This document shows, piece by piece, positions 1-8,970 of a DNA stretch of 40,000 bases. The stretch's first letter is position 1, and the number at the start of each line of letters is the position of its first letter. The translations under genes and the position numbers were made by a program. Source of the DNA: Vibrio phage VP4B; sequence record KC131130.1, one strand, 5' to 3'. The notes under the pieces are model-generated. The model worked only from the letters and a program-made list of their open reading frames with translations, did no database searches and had not been told where the DNA came from.

Positions 1-912
1 GTCATCGGTATCGTTAAACCTGCTGGTAAAACCATCGGTGTAGGTACACATAAGTCAGGTAAAGATCTTTACTTGGTATTAAGTGGTCTCCCGTTTGACT
101 TTAGCGTAATAGGAATGCGTTCAGATGAAATTGCTATTCCGTTTAAACTAGGGGATGATCTACGAGGTAATCCAGCAGTTAGGTTAGTGTTAGAGTCTAA
201 CGTGACACTGGGTCAGGAGATGTTATTACGTCTGATGCAAAACCCAGACTTTAACCAAGAACTCCAACTCGACGTGGAAACTGGTAACATTAGAGAAGGA
301 GGAGACTTCCGCTTAGGGAAAGTAGGAACGCCTTACGTTCGTATTTCTTTTTGTGGTATTGGGGAGGACCTCTTCTTATCTACTGAACGTACACCAGACT
401 TTAACTCTTACGAGTTTGATAAAAACGTGTTAGCGGGTCGTAGAGCAATAGTTAAAGTCATCGGTAATAAACTAGTAGATCGACTACCAACGTTAGTAGA
501 ACAAGAACTACTACAATACCGAGTCGTGTTAGGGGATGAGCGTTATCCTACTATTAACCTAATTAACTTAGGAGTACAACACTACGAAGGTATTACCGTT
601 AACATAGCACGCGTAGGGATGGATTATGAACTTAACGTGTTCCATGACGGGAAATCATCTTCATACGTTATCCCTAAGCAAGTACACGAACGTAAGGCGA
701 TGCTGGGTGAACTGATGTGGTATCTTAAAGACATCTTAACCATGAACGAGATCGATCAAGAAGCCTTGATCGATTACCTTAAAACTTACGTTAACCAAAC
801 TACCGACTACGGCATCATCGCTGGTAACGTCGATACTGAAATCGATATCTTCTTAGCAGATGGTATCACTAACCAACCTACCAACATCACTTTGTTAGAA
901 CAGGAGCTTTAA
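1..912 (+). CDS. Hypothetical phage protein, 5'-truncated by the window edge (reading frame open from base 1; ORF track start at 73 is TTG)
   Basis: Frame is open from position 1 (VIGIVKPAGKTIGVGTHKSGKDLYLVLSGLPF...) and ends at 912; next gene begins 3 nt later. Confidence 0.8.
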   Translation, partial: VIGIVKPAGKTIGVGTHKSGKDLYLVLSGLPFDFSVIGMRSDEIAIPFKLGDDLRGNPAVRLVLESNVTLGQEMLLRLMQNPDFNQELQLDVETGNIREGGDFRLGKVGTPYVRISFCGIGEDLFLSTERTPDFNSYEFDKNVLAGRRAIVKVIGNKLVDRLPTLVEQELLQYRVVLGDERYPTINLINLGVQHYEGITVNIARVGMDYELNVFHDGKSSSYVIPKQVHERKAMLGELMWYLKDILTMNEIDQEALIDYLKTYVNQTTDYGIIAGNVDTEIDIFLADGITNQPTNITLLEQEL

Positions 913-914
913 TC

Positions 915-1862
915 ATGAGACTACAAGAACGTTTAACGTACACTTTAGCTTTACGAGCGTTAGCACAAGCATGGGTGGAACAAGCCGGCTTACTCGCTCA
1001 GAAAACCGAACGACAATTAGACGAGAACATTTTCGTAGGGGTAACAGAAATCCCTTGGAATGGTGAAACGTTGATGGTTAAGATCGTAGATCGTCGAGCA
1101 CAATCATACACGATCCACACCGAAGGATTTCGACACATCGGTTTACCGAACATTCGGATCGAACTCCCGTTAGGGGATAAGGTGTCGAATAGTCCTAACG
1201 AGGACCTACAAACCATCCTAAACGAGGTAGACATCTTGAGTCGCAATACCCTTACTCATTTGGTATTAGAAACCACATGGTCAATTAAGGGGACGTCTAC
1301 GGTATCGAACTACGGGACGACTTACTTAGCGTATGAAGGTGACGGGTACCCTATGGAGTTAAAACACAAAGACGGTAGTTTGGTTTACGAGTTAGCTCCG
1401 AACGTATTAGCTCAGCGTAAGGCTTGTGCTAAATGGTTGTTCAACGAAAGCTTAAATGAACTCCCTATGATCATCGAGCGTTTGTTGGAAGAACAAGGGG
1501 GAAGCGAAGTAGACATACTTAACATCCATATCTTCGAAGAGAACATACATCGTATCATTTTGAAACGTTATGGTTCAGAGGTCCGTCTAGTTGTTATTTT
1601 GGATCATCCTTCCAATTACTTTGAAATGCCATTACTTCGTGTCTACGAATACCGTAAAGCGCAGATCAAAGAACTTATCCGTCAACTTCGTAATCAGGAG
1701 ATCGTCTCTCCGGGAGAAGTTGAACTTATCCACGAAATGGTTAAACGTATGGAATTTGATAAGAACGAGTTAGGAGTTTTCCATTACGTAGATGAGAAAG
1801 CACTCGTTTCCGTTAAAGAAAGTGCTATGCCATTCCATAACAGTCGTCGTTTCGAAATCTAA
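915..1862 (+). CDS. Hypothetical phage protein (315 aa)
   Basis: Long ORF, ATG start with upstream CAGGAG, tightly packed after the previous gene, followed by a hairpin. Confidence 0.85.
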   Translation: MRLQERLTYTLALRALAQAWVEQAGLLAQKTERQLDENIFVGVTEIPWNGETLMVKIVDRRAQSYTIHTEGFRHIGLPNIRIELPLGDKVSNSPNEDLQTILNEVDILSRNTLTHLVLETTWSIKGTSTVSNYGTTYLAYEGDGYPMELKHKDGSLVYELAPNVLAQRKACAKWLFNESLNELPMIIERLLEEQGGSEVDILNIHIFEENIHRIILKRYGSEVRLVVILDHPSNYFEMPLLRVYEYRKAQIKELIRQLRNQEIVSPGEVELIHEMVKRMEFDKNELGVFHYVDEKALVSVKESAMPFHNSRRFEI

Positions 1863-1872
1863 CACCAATACA

Positions 1873-1900
1873 CCTAGGAGGGGATAAAACCTCTCCTAGG
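1873..1900 (+). terminator. Terminator-like hairpin
   Basis: CCTAGGAG ... CTCCTAGG. Confidence 0.6.
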
Positions 1901-1920
1901 ACTTTACAGGAGCTTTAAAC

Positions 1921-2535
1921 GTGATAAAACCGCAAGACTCTTACTTAGTTGTACACATCCTACGTACGGTTCAAAAAGAACCACTCCCATTCATCCAAGA
2001 TATCTTTGATCGTTGGTTGACCATAGGTCGTACAACACATGAATACGGTGGGTTGACTATTAACATTGGACTCAAACGTATGGAGCACCGTACAGGAATG
2101 GGAGAGTTCACTATGAAAATCAGTGGGCTGCCTGACATCCACCGACCTTCTAATGACATCCCGGGGAGTTACTACGAACGTGAACCGTTTCTCTTTGCCT
2201 TTGAGCAATCTTTGTTCTTCGATAAAGTGGAAGTGAGTAAGATGTTAACTCACAACTTAGAGAAATACTTAGGGATGTACGACAACTTCGAGTTTAAGGA
2301 AGCTAAGAAGTACTTAGGCGGTCGGGTGAAAGAAGTGGTCACTGAACACTACCCACTCGCCATGAGTTTAACACGCAGCAACTTGATTAACCGTATTGGG
2401 TTATCTCATTTTGATTTCTTGGTGGTGGTCGAACCTAAGGTCGTAGGCGGTAAACTTCGTCTTTATCCGGAGTCCACTCTCAACGTTGGTCCCGAGAAAC
2501 AACTCAAAGTTAAATACGACGAGTTCACCGTATAG
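1921..2535 (+). CDS. Hypothetical phage protein (204 aa)
   Basis: ORF with GTG start preceded by CAGGAG; perfect terminator-like hairpin immediately downstream. Confidence 0.85.
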   Translation: MIKPQDSYLVVHILRTVQKEPLPFIQDIFDRWLTIGRTTHEYGGLTINIGLKRMEHRTGMGEFTMKISGLPDIHRPSNDIPGSYYEREPFLFAFEQSLFFDKVEVSKMLTHNLEKYLGMYDNFEFKEAKKYLGGRVKEVVTEHYPLAMSLTRSNLINRIGLSHFDFLVVVEPKVVGGKLRLYPESTLNVGPEKQLKVKYDEFTV

Positions 2536-2538
2536 TCT

Positions 2539-2570
2539 AAAACGTCCCATAATCGCTTATGGGACGTTTT
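2539..2570 (+). terminator. Rho-independent terminator
   Basis: AAAACGTCCCATAA-TCGC-TTATGGGACGTTTT perfect 14-bp stem with T run. Confidence 0.9.
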
Positions 2571-2638
2571 TTAGAGATTAGCAATGGAACTATCAATTCA
2601 TTCCTAATCTTTAACTAAGCTTTATACAGGAGCAAATA

Positions 2639-2980
2639 ATGGAACAATTAAAACAAGATTTGGATCACATCTTAATGGATCTTATTCAACGTGCTCGTAA
2701 ACATGGATCTGCACGATACATTAACGATATGTTGGATCTTAAACTCGATATCGTTAAAAACGACGTGGTGTTTGACATGAACGGTGAAATCCATCACTTC
2801 AACGCTTTACGTTTATTAAACCTAAGAGCGTACACCAAAACCTTACGTTTGAATGTCGAGGACTATTTGTCTCACTTAGATAAACAGTCTGCTAAGACTG
2901 ATGTTGACTTGATGTGGTACATGCATGCCACTCACGCGGTAAGACATCTAGTCGAGTCTTTAAAGTCACTGGTGAAATAA
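2639..2980 (+). CDS. Hypothetical small phage protein (113 aa)
   Basis: ORF with ATG start preceded by AGGAG; followed by hairpin 2993-3021. Confidence 0.85.
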   Translation: MEQLKQDLDHILMDLIQRARKHGSARYINDMLDLKLDIVKNDVVFDMNGEIHHFNALRLLNLRAYTKTLRLNVEDYLSHLDKQSAKTDVDLMWYMHATHAVRHLVESLKSLVK

Positions 2981-2992
2981 ACTGAGATATCT

Positions 2993-3021
2993 CCTTAGGA
3001 GTCCTATTGGGACTCCTAAGG
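2993..3021 (+). terminator. Terminator-like hairpin
   Basis: CCTTAGGAGTCC-TATTG-GGACTCCTAAGG perfect 12-bp stem. Confidence 0.7.
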
Positions 3022-3096
3022 CTTTAATTGTTATTCATTCGATAAATCATACCAACTCATTAATTAAAACGCTTATAACGCGTTATAGGAACTATT

Positions 3097-3825
3097 ATGC
3101 CTAAATGTAAATTCGATCTTAAAGCAACTAACCCAACTAATGCTAACGAAGTTCGTATTAATCGCGGTAAGATGGGAGAGCTGTTCTACGTCACCCGTAG
3201 TTTGGTGGACGCGGAAGGCTGGGTGACTCAGCTCATGAATAAAGTTGTTCATAACTATCAACGCCGAAATGGTACTGCTAGCATAAAACCTGATGTAAGT
3301 CTGTTGACTTTACCACCGATGGCTTACAGTGATAAAGGGATAGAGTATTTGGTGGTAGGGGATCGTCTTCCTACCGATGTTTCACTTAATAATCGATTTG
3401 AAGTGAGGGTTGCTTACGTCCCTGCTAATAACCGACCTTACCAATTAGAGTTCACCGCTCCCTCGTTTCTGTTTCCGGAGATTGCTTTGGATTACGATAA
3501 GGAATACGTTACGGTTAAGTTTACTTTCGCAGCTCAACCTGATCAAGCGGATATCAAACGTACTATTAACGATTACCTTGGTTATTTCCCTTACAACGCA
3601 GATCAGGCTTATGAAGAGTTTTGTGGGCTAGTACGAGCGGAACTACGTAAACCTCAATTCAACTGGTTTGGTAAGAGTGGTAAATACGTAGTTAACATGA
3701 CGGGTACTCGTCACCATAATGTCACGTACTATGCAGTAAGACGTAAACTACGTAAGGATGAAATCTACGCTGAATGTTTACTCCGTACTTTGATGGTTCC
3801 TAGCACTACGATAATCGTAAAGTAG
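3097..3825 (+). CDS. Hypothetical phage protein (242 aa)
   Basis: Long ORF, ATG start with upstream AGGAAC. Confidence 0.85.
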   Translation: MPKCKFDLKATNPTNANEVRINRGKMGELFYVTRSLVDAEGWVTQLMNKVVHNYQRRNGTASIKPDVSLLTLPPMAYSDKGIEYLVVGDRLPTDVSLNNRFEVRVAYVPANNRPYQLEFTAPSFLFPEIALDYDKEYVTVKFTFAAQPDQADIKRTINDYLGYFPYNADQAYEEFCGLVRAELRKPQFNWFGKSGKYVVNMTGTRHHNVTYYAVRRKLRKDEIYAECLLRTLMVPSTTIIVK

Positions 3826-4069
3826 ATTTTTAGTGGATATATATATTATATGTACTAAATAAAAATGTCGAAGACCCCCTAAAAAGGATGGGAAAGGGTT
3901 TTTATTGCATTTGAGTTGAGAGTACTCCTTAGAGTGAACTATGAGGTACGAGTAGTGAACGGTGAGTGTTGTAGTACGAAGTACGTAGACACGATGAAAA
4001 GGAGTGTACTCTTCAACGAGAATGTAGTACTACCACTGTAAGGGGAGTACGGTAAGGGATTTATAAATC

Positions 4070-4077
4070 TATATTAC
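4070..4077 (+). promoter_or_regulatory. TATATTAC element, resembling the conserved core of phiKZ early promoters
   Basis: TTTATAAATCTATATTACTTAG about 80 nt upstream of the 4155 start, in a 330-bp intergenic region. Confidence 0.45.
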
Positions 4078-4154
4078 TTAGAAGTAAAGTAAAACTGTTT
4101 TAAACATACTTATAGGTAATACGGATACCATAGACGACAAGCGAGTTTTTAGTT

Positions 4155-4922
4155 ATGAACAGAGTACAAACCATACCACATACGAACGTTCATCACGTTC
4201 ACGGATCAATCGTTACCAGTAACGGTAGACTGAATCGACAAACCAACATTATGATCACGATCAAGGGTCATAAGCAAGTACGGTTAACCAGAGCACAAAA
4301 CTGGATAAAGCATTTAACGAAACTACGAGATGGGTTTCCTATTCACTTAATCGATCAAGCGGAAGAGTTATGCTTTAAGGAAGTACTATTACCGACTTAC
4401 AAAGATTACGCCGTTAATGTTCCTTATTTGAGTTGTATGTTGCGGTGGGAAGGATTAGAACTATTCGTTCTACCGGGGTTCTTAGGGAACGCGGTGAGTG
4501 CGGAAGGTAAGGTTTACGAGCTGTACTTAGACGAAAGTAAGAAAGAATGGTACTGGGCAGAGATCTATCCTAATCAAAACGATTGTTATGATTTGATCAA
4601 CAGCATCGACGGGGATATGTTAGAGCTCAGCGTAGAAGACATTATCTATTTGTTGAAGAGTGATCACGTCACTACACAACAAGTCATCGATTTCTACGAG
4701 AAGCGTAACGTAGATCGTAAAGCAGAATTAGCGTTAGGAGATGGTTGGGTGAGTATTGATCCAGTAGACGCAGATAAAACAGAAGCGTTCGGGTTATTAG
4801 ACAAAGATAACGTGGTCGTTACTTTAGATACTAAACCAAAAACCGTCGTAGAAGCTTTCCTACGAGCTTACCACCAAGTTAACGGAGATGCCTTAGACTG
4901 GCGTAGTCAAGTCGCCGTATAA
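4155..4922 (+). CDS. Hypothetical phage protein (255 aa), first gene after the GTAC-rich intergenic region
   Basis: Long ORF, ATG start, downstream hairpin 4933-4961. Confidence 0.85.
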   Translation: MNRVQTIPHTNVHHVHGSIVTSNGRLNRQTNIMITIKGHKQVRLTRAQNWIKHLTKLRDGFPIHLIDQAEELCFKEVLLPTYKDYAVNVPYLSCMLRWEGLELFVLPGFLGNAVSAEGKVYELYLDESKKEWYWAEIYPNQNDCYDLINSIDGDMLELSVEDIIYLLKSDHVTTQQVIDFYEKRNVDRKAELALGDGWVSIDPVDADKTEAFGLLDKDNVVVTLDTKPKTVVEAFLRAYHQVNGDALDWRSQVAV

Positions 4923-4932
4923 GCTTATCACG

Positions 4933-4961
4933 CCCTACCTCAGCTAAATACTGGGGTAGGG
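4933..4961 (+). terminator. Terminator-like hairpin
   Basis: CCCTACCTCAG ... CTGGGGTAGGG (one wobble) followed by GGTTATTTTTC. Confidence 0.75.
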
Positions 4962-4998
4962 GTTATTTTTCATTTTACATTTATTTAAGGATAGCACC

Positions 4999-6147
4999 AT
5001 GTCCAACGTCTACGTTCCTAGACTACCAGTTAGTGATGTTAGAGAAGTAAACCAAACTTTTAATTATTTAAAGTCCCATTTCAAAACAACAGGATTGATT
5101 AGTGAAGTATGCGCTCACCTCAACATCACACCTCATCAACTACGTTACCTGTTTGCTAAAGATGGACTAGAAACCCCTAAATACTATTTAGCGAAGTTAC
5201 GTAGTGAATACGCCATGCATGAAGTCACTACGACCGAACGTCCTATTAGCGAGATTATGTCCGATCTCCTTTACGAGAACGTCCACCGTTTTACAAACTG
5301 GTACGTGTTTCACGCTAAACTATCTCCTATTAAGCATCGCATCGCAGTCAAAATGCAAGAACAAGGTAAACAACCATCGATGGATACTCCGACTGATGTA
5401 GCTAAACGTTTGAAAAACAAAATCGACACAGAGTTTACCGACATCATAGAAATCAAGTCTATCATGGAAGACACCGTGTTTGCTGATGTCAGTGTACGTC
5501 GAGCATTTAAGCGCTTAACTAACCATGCTCCGAAAGAGTACTTGATCAAAGTCCAATGTGATTACGTAGCAAGACGTATTAAGAAAGATGGTTGGATAAA
5601 ACAATCCATTTTGAAACACGTCAAGCAAAGTCGTATTACCGGGTTCAACAACATGTTCAAGAAACATTACGGGATGACCACATTTGAATACGGACGAGTG
5701 CATAGTTTTGGTTATACTGCGATGGTGTGTGGTGTACAACGCTGGGTAAACCAACACTTAATGGATGAGATCTTAGAACACTTAGCCGAAGAAGTCTTCA
5801 CGGACCATCAACCTATAAGAGACATCCAGAAGTTCTACGGGATCCACTACGGTAACTGGTCTAAGATGTTTGAACAAACGGTAGGGATGAACGCTAAATG
5901 CACATACCGTGCTTTAGAGCTCGAAGGAGCACTATATCTAATCCAACACACCAGTTGGAACATCGAGCGTATCATCAGTGTCGCAACCAGTGGCAATAGA
6001 AGTTCTTTTTGTATGTCGTTCCGTTCTCACTTTGGTTTAACTCCGACGGAAGCCCGTCGTTATCCTGAACGTGTTATGCGTTTAAAGGGAACAGAAGGAT
6101 TAAGAAAATATATCGAGGTAGGTGTTAAGAACATCACACTAAGTTAA
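4999..6147 (+). CDS. Protein with multiple AraC-type helix-turn-helix-like segments; putative phage transcriptional regulator (382 aa)
   Basis: C-terminal ...SWNIERIISVATSGNRSSFCMSFRSHFGLTPTEARRYPERV resembles the second HTH of AraC-family domains (GF.S.S.F.R.F.....G.TP..YR); N-terminal and middle segments look like further weak copies. Confidence 0.65.
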   Translation: MSNVYVPRLPVSDVREVNQTFNYLKSHFKTTGLISEVCAHLNITPHQLRYLFAKDGLETPKYYLAKLRSEYAMHEVTTTERPISEIMSDLLYENVHRFTNWYVFHAKLSPIKHRIAVKMQEQGKQPSMDTPTDVAKRLKNKIDTEFTDIIEIKSIMEDTVFADVSVRRAFKRLTNHAPKEYLIKVQCDYVARRIKKDGWIKQSILKHVKQSRITGFNNMFKKHYGMTTFEYGRVHSFGYTAMVCGVQRWVNQHLMDEILEHLAEEVFTDHQPIRDIQKFYGIHYGNWSKMFEQTVGMNAKCTYRALELEGALYLIQHTSWNIERIISVATSGNRSSFCMSFRSHFGLTPTEARRYPERVMRLKGTEGLRKYIEVGVKNITLS

Positions 6148-6158
6148 GGTAATAAACC

Positions 6159-6866
6159 ATGAAAGCAGAATTTAGAGATAAGCTTTTTAAAGATACGTTA
6201 AAATGGATAGACAACAACTTTCATCGTTCCATTCGTGCTAAAGACATCGGTGATCAACTGGGTATGAGTATGAATAACGTGACTGATCTGTTTCGCCGTC
6301 AACTGGATACCACGCCCGGAGAATATCTCCGGGTTGTTCGGATGAAACACGCCAAACAACTATTGATGAAAGGCGTTAGACCAACCTCAGTTTACAAACA
6401 AACCGGCTACAGTTCTTACCGCGCTTTCACTAGAGTCTATCAAATACACTTTGGTGTCCAACCTTCCCAAGACTACCATTACTTCATGGGAGTGATAACG
6501 GAACCGATGGCAACACCACAAATGGACACACTTTATCCATTTGCCTTACGGAAACGTATCGTCGATTATGTCAAAGACAACATTCAGTGTAATTACACGT
6601 TACGTGATCTAGAATCTCGTTTCAAGTTACCGGGGAGTTGTTTAGGAGAAATGTTCGTGCACTATTACGACCAGACCTATACGGACTGGCGTAAATCTTT
6701 ACGCATGCGCATGGCTTCAGACTTAATCCGAGATAACCCGAAGATTGACGTAACACGTATCCATGGACAACTTGGCATCTGTTCCTTCCAATACTTCGTA
6801 ACTTTATTTAAACAACACTACCGTACGCATCCTCAATCGTACGCGAATGCATTCAAGAGAAAATGA
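6159..6866 (+). CDS. Tandem AraC-type HTH domain protein (235 aa), putative transcriptional regulator
   Basis: First domain IRAKDIGDQLGMSMNNVTDLFRRQLDTTPGEYLRVVRMKHAKQLLMKG...VYKQTGYSSYRAFTRVYQIHFGVQPSQ is a clear AraC-type domain; second domain LRDLESRFKLPGSCLGEMFVHYYDQTYTDWRKSLRMRMASDLIRDN...IHGQLGICSFQYFVTLFKQHYRTHPQSY is a diverged copy. Confidence 0.8.
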   Translation: MKAEFRDKLFKDTLKWIDNNFHRSIRAKDIGDQLGMSMNNVTDLFRRQLDTTPGEYLRVVRMKHAKQLLMKGVRPTSVYKQTGYSSYRAFTRVYQIHFGVQPSQDYHYFMGVITEPMATPQMDTLYPFALRKRIVDYVKDNIQCNYTLRDLESRFKLPGSCLGEMFVHYYDQTYTDWRKSLRMRMASDLIRDNPKIDVTRIHGQLGICSFQYFVTLFKQHYRTHPQSYANAFKRK

Positions 6867-7573
6867 ATATGACTGACCACGAATTAGCACTACAAATCCA
6901 AGACTACGTTAAAGAAATCTATATGAAACCTCGTCCATCTAACTTGGTTTACACTAAGTTCAATATGAGTGGACCTGTCATGGGACGTTTCTTGGAACGA
7001 TTAAATCATCCTTCAATCAAAGTAATGTTGGTGGAAGCCCGTATGGAGCGAGCGAAAGAACTCCTAGCACAAGACATGGTTAATGTTCCGGGGATCCATA
7101 CCCATGTAGGTTACTCTACTCGTAATAGTTTCGAGCGTCGTTTCAAAGATCACGTTGGTATGTCCCCAGCGGTCTATCGCAAAAAGATCCAAGAACAACA
7201 AACCGAGCAAGAACACATGACTTACTCTAAACGAGTTAACGAGGTTACTCAAAACGAACTCCGTAAATACTTGATCAAACACTTCCGGGAACCAGAACTG
7301 ACGTTGAACCGTGTGCAAGATGTTTTTAACCTCAGCAAGGATGAGATCCAAGAGATCATCGGCATCGTTTACAATTGCACGTTTGAAGAACGACTCTTAA
7401 CTATGCGTTTAGAAGAAGTCGGTAACCTTTTAGTGAAAACCACACGAACACCACGACAACTCTCTACCGAGTGTGGGTTTGTGAGTTATCACTATTTCGT
7501 GGGTCAATTCACTAAACGTTTTACGGTAGGTCCTAAACACTATCGTCAACTAAAATTAATCAAGGCTATATAA
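6863..7573 (+). CDS. Tandem AraC-type HTH domain protein (236 aa), overlaps the previous gene by 4 nt
   Basis: ARMERAKELLAQDMVNVPGIHTHVGYSTRNSFERRFKDHVGMSPAVYRK and LRLEEVG-like TMRLEEVGNLLVKTTRTPRQLSTECGFVSYHYFVGQFTKRFTVGPKHYRQ are AraC-type HTH signatures. Confidence 0.8.
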   Translation: MNMTDHELALQIQDYVKEIYMKPRPSNLVYTKFNMSGPVMGRFLERLNHPSIKVMLVEARMERAKELLAQDMVNVPGIHTHVGYSTRNSFERRFKDHVGMSPAVYRKKIQEQQTEQEHMTYSKRVNEVTQNELRKYLIKHFREPELTLNRVQDVFNLSKDEIQEIIGIVYNCTFEERLLTMRLEEVGNLLVKTTRTPRQLSTECGFVSYHYFVGQFTKRFTVGPKHYRQLKLIKAI

Positions 7574-7587
7574 CTGGGGTGTAATAC
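7566..7587 (+). promoter_or_regulatory. Promoter-like motif copy A (CTATATAACTGGGGTGTAATAC)
   Basis: Matches the recurring motif found upstream of several genes in this window; lies at the end of an AraC-like gene and upstream of the non-coding structured interval. Confidence 0.5.
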
Positions 7588-8067
7588 TATGTGGGTAATG
7601 ACTAGCTGACCATCTAAATGAAGAATTGAACAATCTTGGTGTATACCGCAATTGACGACATAATTTGGAATCTATCCTCGGCACCCACATCACCCTTTCA
7701 CTAATTGGGTGTACAAAACGGGTATAAAGCGCAAGGCCGTCATTTTACGATGACGGCACTTATTATGTTGGAAAGTAAGTACATGAATGTTTATTCCCTT
7801 GTTTTCATTTTTGTTGAGCCCTTACTTTCTGACGCCATATATCGGCGGAAGGTTTCCTTCATTCCCTGTCGCCGGTAAGTTCACCTGACCGCATCGATAA
7901 AGGTGAATAGCTGTCTCTACAGCCGGCTGTGCTCTTTCCCAACATGGGTCCTCCAATTCCCCTGTTGGTCCTCCTTGTGAGAGCATAGTTCGGGTGTTCC
8001 GACACCGCCACTGCTTTCATGCAATGCTTTGCAAACCATCTCCTTGACGGGAGATGGTTCTTTTTTG
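7588..8067 (+). ncRNA. Putative structured non-coding RNA transcript (about 450-480 nt) ending in an intrinsic terminator
   Basis: No substantial ORF; series of inverted repeats: GCCGTCAT/ATGACGGC 7736-7757; GAAAGTAAG/CTTACTTTC 7771-7829; CGGCG/CGCCG 7843-7874 enclosing GAAGG-TTT-CCTTC; TTCACCT/AGGTGAA 7880-7907; GCTGT/ACAGC 7910-7923; CCAACA/TGTTGG 7939-7968; GGTGT-TCCG-ACACC 7993-8006; terminator 8034-8066. RNA boundaries are inferred. Confidence 0.4.
8034..8066 (+). terminator. Rho-independent terminator
   Basis: AACCATCTCC-TTGACG-GGAGATGGTT perfect 10-bp stem followed by CTTTTTT. Confidence 0.9.
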
Positions 8068-8212
8068 CTTTTATACTTATTTTAAACTTTACGGTAAACT
8101 TCCTGTAACGCTTTCTAAGCCTGTTTACCCCATCTTACCACCCAATGTAAAGGGTAACTGCGTGCGCCATCATTTAGGTGCGTTTCAAGCGGTTTAAACA
8201 CGGAATTAACTT

Positions 8213-8506
8213 ATGAGTCAAAACAACTTATCTATCGTCGGGGTTTGTTTCTCAGATTATCAAGATCTGATAAACGACACCCGTAATGACAATCTTGGGC
8301 TAGCGCTCATACAAGAAGCATTATTGGATCAAGGTTACCACGTCAACCATGTACAGTATGTCGAAGGTGACCCATCCACATTAGCGGAAGTGCGTGCTTA
8401 TGTTCGTGGAGCTATCTCTGATCAATCGAATGGAATACCTACTAATGTGAACGTCGGAATCAAACCGGCAAATCAACATTGTTATTCCGTATTGTTTTTT
8501 AAATAG
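8213..8506 (+). CDS. Hypothetical small phage protein (97 aa)
   Basis: ORF starting ATG; first of a cluster of short genes. Confidence 0.7.
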   Translation: MSQNNLSIVGVCFSDYQDLINDTRNDNLGLALIQEALLDQGYHVNHVQYVEGDPSTLAEVRAYVRGAISDQSNGIPTNVNVGIKPANQHCYSVLFFK

Positions 8507-8514
8507 AGGTTACT

Positions 8515-8970
8515 ATGTATTTTGTAGATACACGTGGGATGACTGACAGTCTACTCACTTTCGATGCTGTTGGATCAACTCGAGTAGAATTATCACCGTA
8601 CCCAACGATTATTATAGAGGACGTGATTGTGTTGTATAACTCAGGTGACGAATCCAATCTATATGAACGCATTGGTCATATCACGAAAGCAATGAGTAAT
8701 AACCTAGCGGTAGAACAACTTTATCTTTCCGTTTACAACGGACTTAAAGATTATGCTCGCAGCGCAGGGTGGGATCCTCGTATCATGGTGAAATTAAGTG
8801 ATTACCGTGGACGAGACCACAGCGGAGAAATAGTCCAGTTACTTATTGTTATGGATTTAGATATGACAATGGAAACACGTTACGATCCATTTAGCCCTAC
8901 GACGTCTTTAGGAGAAATGATCAGTGATAACCCAACTCCCGATCAAATGTCAAACTTCATCCAGTCATAA
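8515..8970 (+). CDS. Hypothetical phage protein (151 aa)
   Basis: ORF with ATG start preceded by AGAGG. Confidence 0.75.
   Translation: MYFVDTRGMTDSLLTFDAVGSTRVELSPYPTIIIEDVIVLYNSGDESNLYERIGHITKAMSNNLAVEQLYLSVYNGLKDYARSAGWDPRIMVKLSDYRGRDHSGEIVQLLIVMDLDMTMETRYDPFSPTTSLGEMISDNPTPDQMSNFIQS

Noticed and set aside
998-1246. Short antisense ORFs (998-1246, 1960-2208, 5310-5757, 12612-12905, 34571-34840, 35370-36365 and similar) as genes
   Set aside because: They lie fully antisense to strong genes with clear protein motifs and have poor starts; expected by chance from codon bias.
1591-1773. Same-strand nested ORFs (1591-1773, 5204-5401, 15767-15964, 17781-17978, 22488-22715)
   Set aside because: Alternative frames inside well-supported genes without independent signals.
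7588-8200. tRNA or tRNA-like genes in the non-coding interval
   Set aside because: No 7-bp acceptor stem plus T-arm GTTCRA combination could be laid out; the GTTCGGGTGTTCCGACACC hairpin does not fit a tRNA arm pattern.
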